NCBI GenBank assembly: GCA_964461305.1
Contig: CAYWTV010000002.1
Location: forward strand, 56,942-120,941
Source of the DNA: an uncultured Peptoniphilaceae bacterium
GTDB taxonomy: Bacteria; Bacillota; Clostridia; Tissierellales; Peptoniphilaceae
Length of the DNA stretch: 64,000 nt
Reading direction: 5' to 3'
Shown: one piece after another, positions 61,698 through 64,000 of the stretch
Numbering within the stretch: the stretch's first letter is position 1
How the letters are laid out: the number at the start of each line of letters is the position of its first letter
Translations under genes and position numbers: made by a program
Notes under the pieces: generated by a model
Told to the model about the DNA's origin: nothing
Seen by the model: only the letters and a program-made list of their open reading frames with translations
Databases searched by the model: none

Positions 61698-61958
61698 TGC
61701 TTATTTGTTATTTCTACAAAATCGTAAAGGAGTTTAAACTTTATTTCACTATGATATTTATATAGGTATTTTTGTAAAGATATTCTACATTATTTTGAGA
61801 AGAATTATTAAGTAAAATAAAATATTAAAAAAGGCCTTTATTTTGGATTATTTACCAATTTATTACAAAAATCATATATAATAATAAAAGACTTTAATTA
61901 TTGTAAAATTCAAGTTATAATATAATATAGAACATGCGTTTGAATTAAGGGGAGAAAA

Positions 61959-62393
61959 ATGGAAATTAAGATAGTAAATAAAAGCAACAATCAATTACCA
62001 AGTTATGAAACTAAAGGATCTTCAGGTATGGACATTAGAGCCAACTTAAATGAACCTATAATATTAAAACCAATGGAGAGAAAACTTGTTCCTACAGGGA
62101 TATATGCAGAAATCCCAGAAGGCTATGAAATTCAAGTAAGAGCTAGAAGTGGCTTAGCTTTAAAACACGGAATTTCTCTAGTAAACGGAATCGGAACTAT
62201 TGATTCAGATTATAGAGGAGAAATAGGAATTATATTAATTAATTTAGGCGAAGAAGATTTTGAAATTAATAATGGAGATAGAATTGCCCAATTAGTAGTT
62301 ATAAAATACGAAAGGGTAGAGATAAAAGAAGTTAAGGAGTTGTCGGATACCAAGAGAGATTCAGGTGGTTTTGGATCTAGTGGTATAAAGTAA
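61959..62393 (+). CDS. dut: dUTP diphosphatase
   Basis: 144 aa with GSSGMDIRA, RSGLALKHGI, GTIDSDYRGEI and C-terminal RDSGGFGSSG. Confidence 0.93.
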   Translation: MEIKIVNKSNNQLPSYETKGSSGMDIRANLNEPIILKPMERKLVPTGIYAEIPEGYEIQVRARSGLALKHGISLVNGIGTIDSDYRGEIGIILINLGEEDFEINNGDRIAQLVVIKYERVEIKEVKELSDTKRDSGGFGSSGIK

Positions 62394-62394
62394 T

Positions 62395-64000
62395 ATGGCA
62401 TATAAGAAACGAAAAACTAAAAGAAAAACTAAAAAATCTATAAATTTAGAAATAAGCTCCATAGCTAGAACTATTCTTGTAATAGTATCGTTATTGTTGG
62501 CTTTGTGTTTCCTAACTGATGGTATGGGACAAGTTGGACAGTTCATAAATGATGTATTTTATTTCTTATTTGGAAATGGAAATATTATTATTCCTATTAT
62601 GTTAATATTTTTGGCTATAAATTCTTATTTAAATTCTATAGAAACTTCAGATATTTTCTTAATAATATCTGGCGTAATGTTTTTGTTAATAGGATCATCA
62701 TTTTTAGATACCATATCTCTTCAACCAGGAGTTTATGAAAATAGATTTAGCTTTGGGGTGAACCCAAGGATTCTTGGAATAAACGGAGGATATATAGGTG
62801 GATTTTTAAATTCATTTTTACTTAGTTTATTTGGGGATTTAGGATTAAATATTATTCTATTTATTTTATTTATAATATCTTCAATAGTATTTTTTAACTT
62901 AGACTATAAATTAATTGGAGAGACTATTTTAACTGGAACTAACAAGATTGGAGAAAAACTAAAGACCTCTTCACAAAATTTAATAAATAAAACTAAGGAA
63001 CTTAGATCTAAAAATACTCAAATGTCAGTAGAAGAGATTCCCAAATCTGATATAAAAATAAACTCTGAAAGTTTATTGGACAGCTCTGAAGTATTTAATG
63101 TTAGAGACTATGAAAAAAGCATTTCATTTAATGATAATACTGACGAGGATTTATTTTATACTGAAGAAGAATTAAGAAAAGCTGAACTTGAAAATTTAGA
63201 GAAAACTTCCAAAGTTACACCTAAGGACAAGTTAATTATTCAAAAAGAAATTGAAGAAAAGAAACCAAAAATAAAATACGAATTTCCACCTGTAAACTTA
63301 TTAAATAAGAGAAAACAAAAATCTAAAATTAACAGAGATGAAATCTATGAAAATAGTAAAATCATTGAAGACACTATGAGAAACTTTGGAATAAGTGCAA
63401 AAGTTGAGCAGGTAAATTCTGGACCTACAGTGACTTGTTATGAATTAGTTCCCGCTGCTAATGTAAAATTAAGTAAAATAGTTGGACTAGCTGATAACTT
63501 AGCTTTTAGTTTGGCCTCATCGGATATTAGAATTGAAGCTCCAATTCCTGGTAAAACTGCTGTAGGAATAGAAGTACCAAATAAAGAAAAGTCAATGGTA
63601 ACTTTAGAAGAGGTTATTAATTCTAAAACTTTTGCAGAAAATGACTCTGACTTGCCTTTAGTATTGGGTAAAGATACCGATGGAGAAATTGTAATTTCAG
63701 CTATTGACGAAATGCCTCATTTGCTTATAGCAGGGGCTACTGGATCTGGTAAGTCAGTTTGTGTAAATTCTATAATTATATCACTATTATATAACACAAG
63801 CCCTGAAGATTTAAGAATGATACTAATAGACCCAAAAATAGTAGAGCTTGGTGTATATAATGCAATTCCTCATTTATTAATTCCTGTAGTTACTAATCCT
63901 AAAAAAGCAGCTTCAACACTAGCTTGGGCAGTGGAAGAAATGGAAAGAAGATATAAAACTTTTGCTCAAAACTATGTAAAAGATATTCACAACTACAATG
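62395..64000 (+). CDS. ftsK: DNA translocase FtsK/SpoIIIE (3'-truncated by the window edge)
   Basis: Not in the ORF track because the frame runs off the window. Basic N-terminus, TM helices and linker, then the motor domain with GPTVTCYELVPA and Walker A AGATGSGKSV (in frame at 63721 and onward). Confidence 0.9.
   Translation, partial: MAYKKRKTKRKTKKSINLEISSIARTILVIVSLLLALCFLTDGMGQVGQFINDVFYFLFGNGNIIIPIMLIFLAINSYLNSIETSDIFLIISGVMFLLIGSSFLDTISLQPGVYENRFSFGVNPRILGINGGYIGGFLNSFLLSLFGDLGLNIILFILFIISSIVFFNLDYKLIGETILTGTNKIGEKLKTSSQNLINKTKELRSKNTQMSVEEIPKSDIKINSESLLDSSEVFNVRDYEKSISFNDNTDEDLFYTEEELRKAELENLEKTSKVTPKDKLIIQKEIEEKKPKIKYEFPPVNLLNKRKQKSKINRDEIYENSKIIEDTMRNFGISAKVEQVNSGPTVTCYELVPAANVKLSKIVGLADNLAFSLASSDIRIEAPIPGKTAVGIEVPNKEKSMVTLEEVINSKTFAENDSDLPLVLGKDTDGEIVISAIDEMPHLLIAGATGSGKSVCVNSIIISLLYNTSPEDLRMILIDPKIVELGVYNAIPHLLIPVVTNPKKAASTLAWAVEEMERRYKTFAQNYVKDIHNYN

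Noticed and set aside
61698-61958. 260-nt AT-rich gap upstream of dut as a possible sRNA or small-ORF locus
   Set aside because: The only RBS-like AAAGGAG (near 61727) is 20 nt from an ATG that opens a 4-codon frame. No convincing stem-loops or terminator are present. It is probably just a promoter region.

Overview
This is a low-GC Firmicute chromosomal segment (Clostridia/Tissierellia-like by gene content and protein signatures; no species call is possible). It is almost fully coding and mostly housekeeping. Left to right: AI-2E permease, then alaS-ireB-(AKR/FeS)-ruvX-DUF1292-fur-rnj-trmR-like-U32-udk (syntenic with the B. subtilis alaS-yrzL-yrrK-yrzB...yrrM-yrrO-udk cluster). Next come the L20-leader-controlled infC-rpmI-rplT, a metabolic/transport block (hutG, threonine aldolase, malQ-patB, hydrolase, brnQ, yfcC) and an accessory-looking block (Rieske protein plus unknown ORF, ABC exporter pair, GNAT, two divergent LtaS-like paralogs). 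These are followed by rqcH, histidine phosphatase, pepF, a large lipoprotein and a half-size AI-2E ORF. After the T-box-controlled aspS/gat operon come leuS, copA, murA, a formamidase-family gene, a secreted phosphodiester-glycosidase protein, tsaE-tsaB-rimI-tsaD, an ABC-F gene, rex, ogg, CIRCE-groES-groEL, rpsU-yqeY, dut and 3'-truncated ftsK. I saw no tRNA/rRNA genes, CRISPR arrays, transposases or prophage genes. The most unusual locus is 37050-42081. It has a T-box leader whose specifier reads as Asn (AAC). It controls an AspRS with a GatC domain fused in-frame to its C-terminus, a full-length GatA homolog lacking all three Ser-cisSer-Lys catalytic residues and the Gly/Ser-rich amidase signature, and an apparently intact GatB. 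All calls rest on reading the translated ORFs and the DNA by eye. No database search was run.
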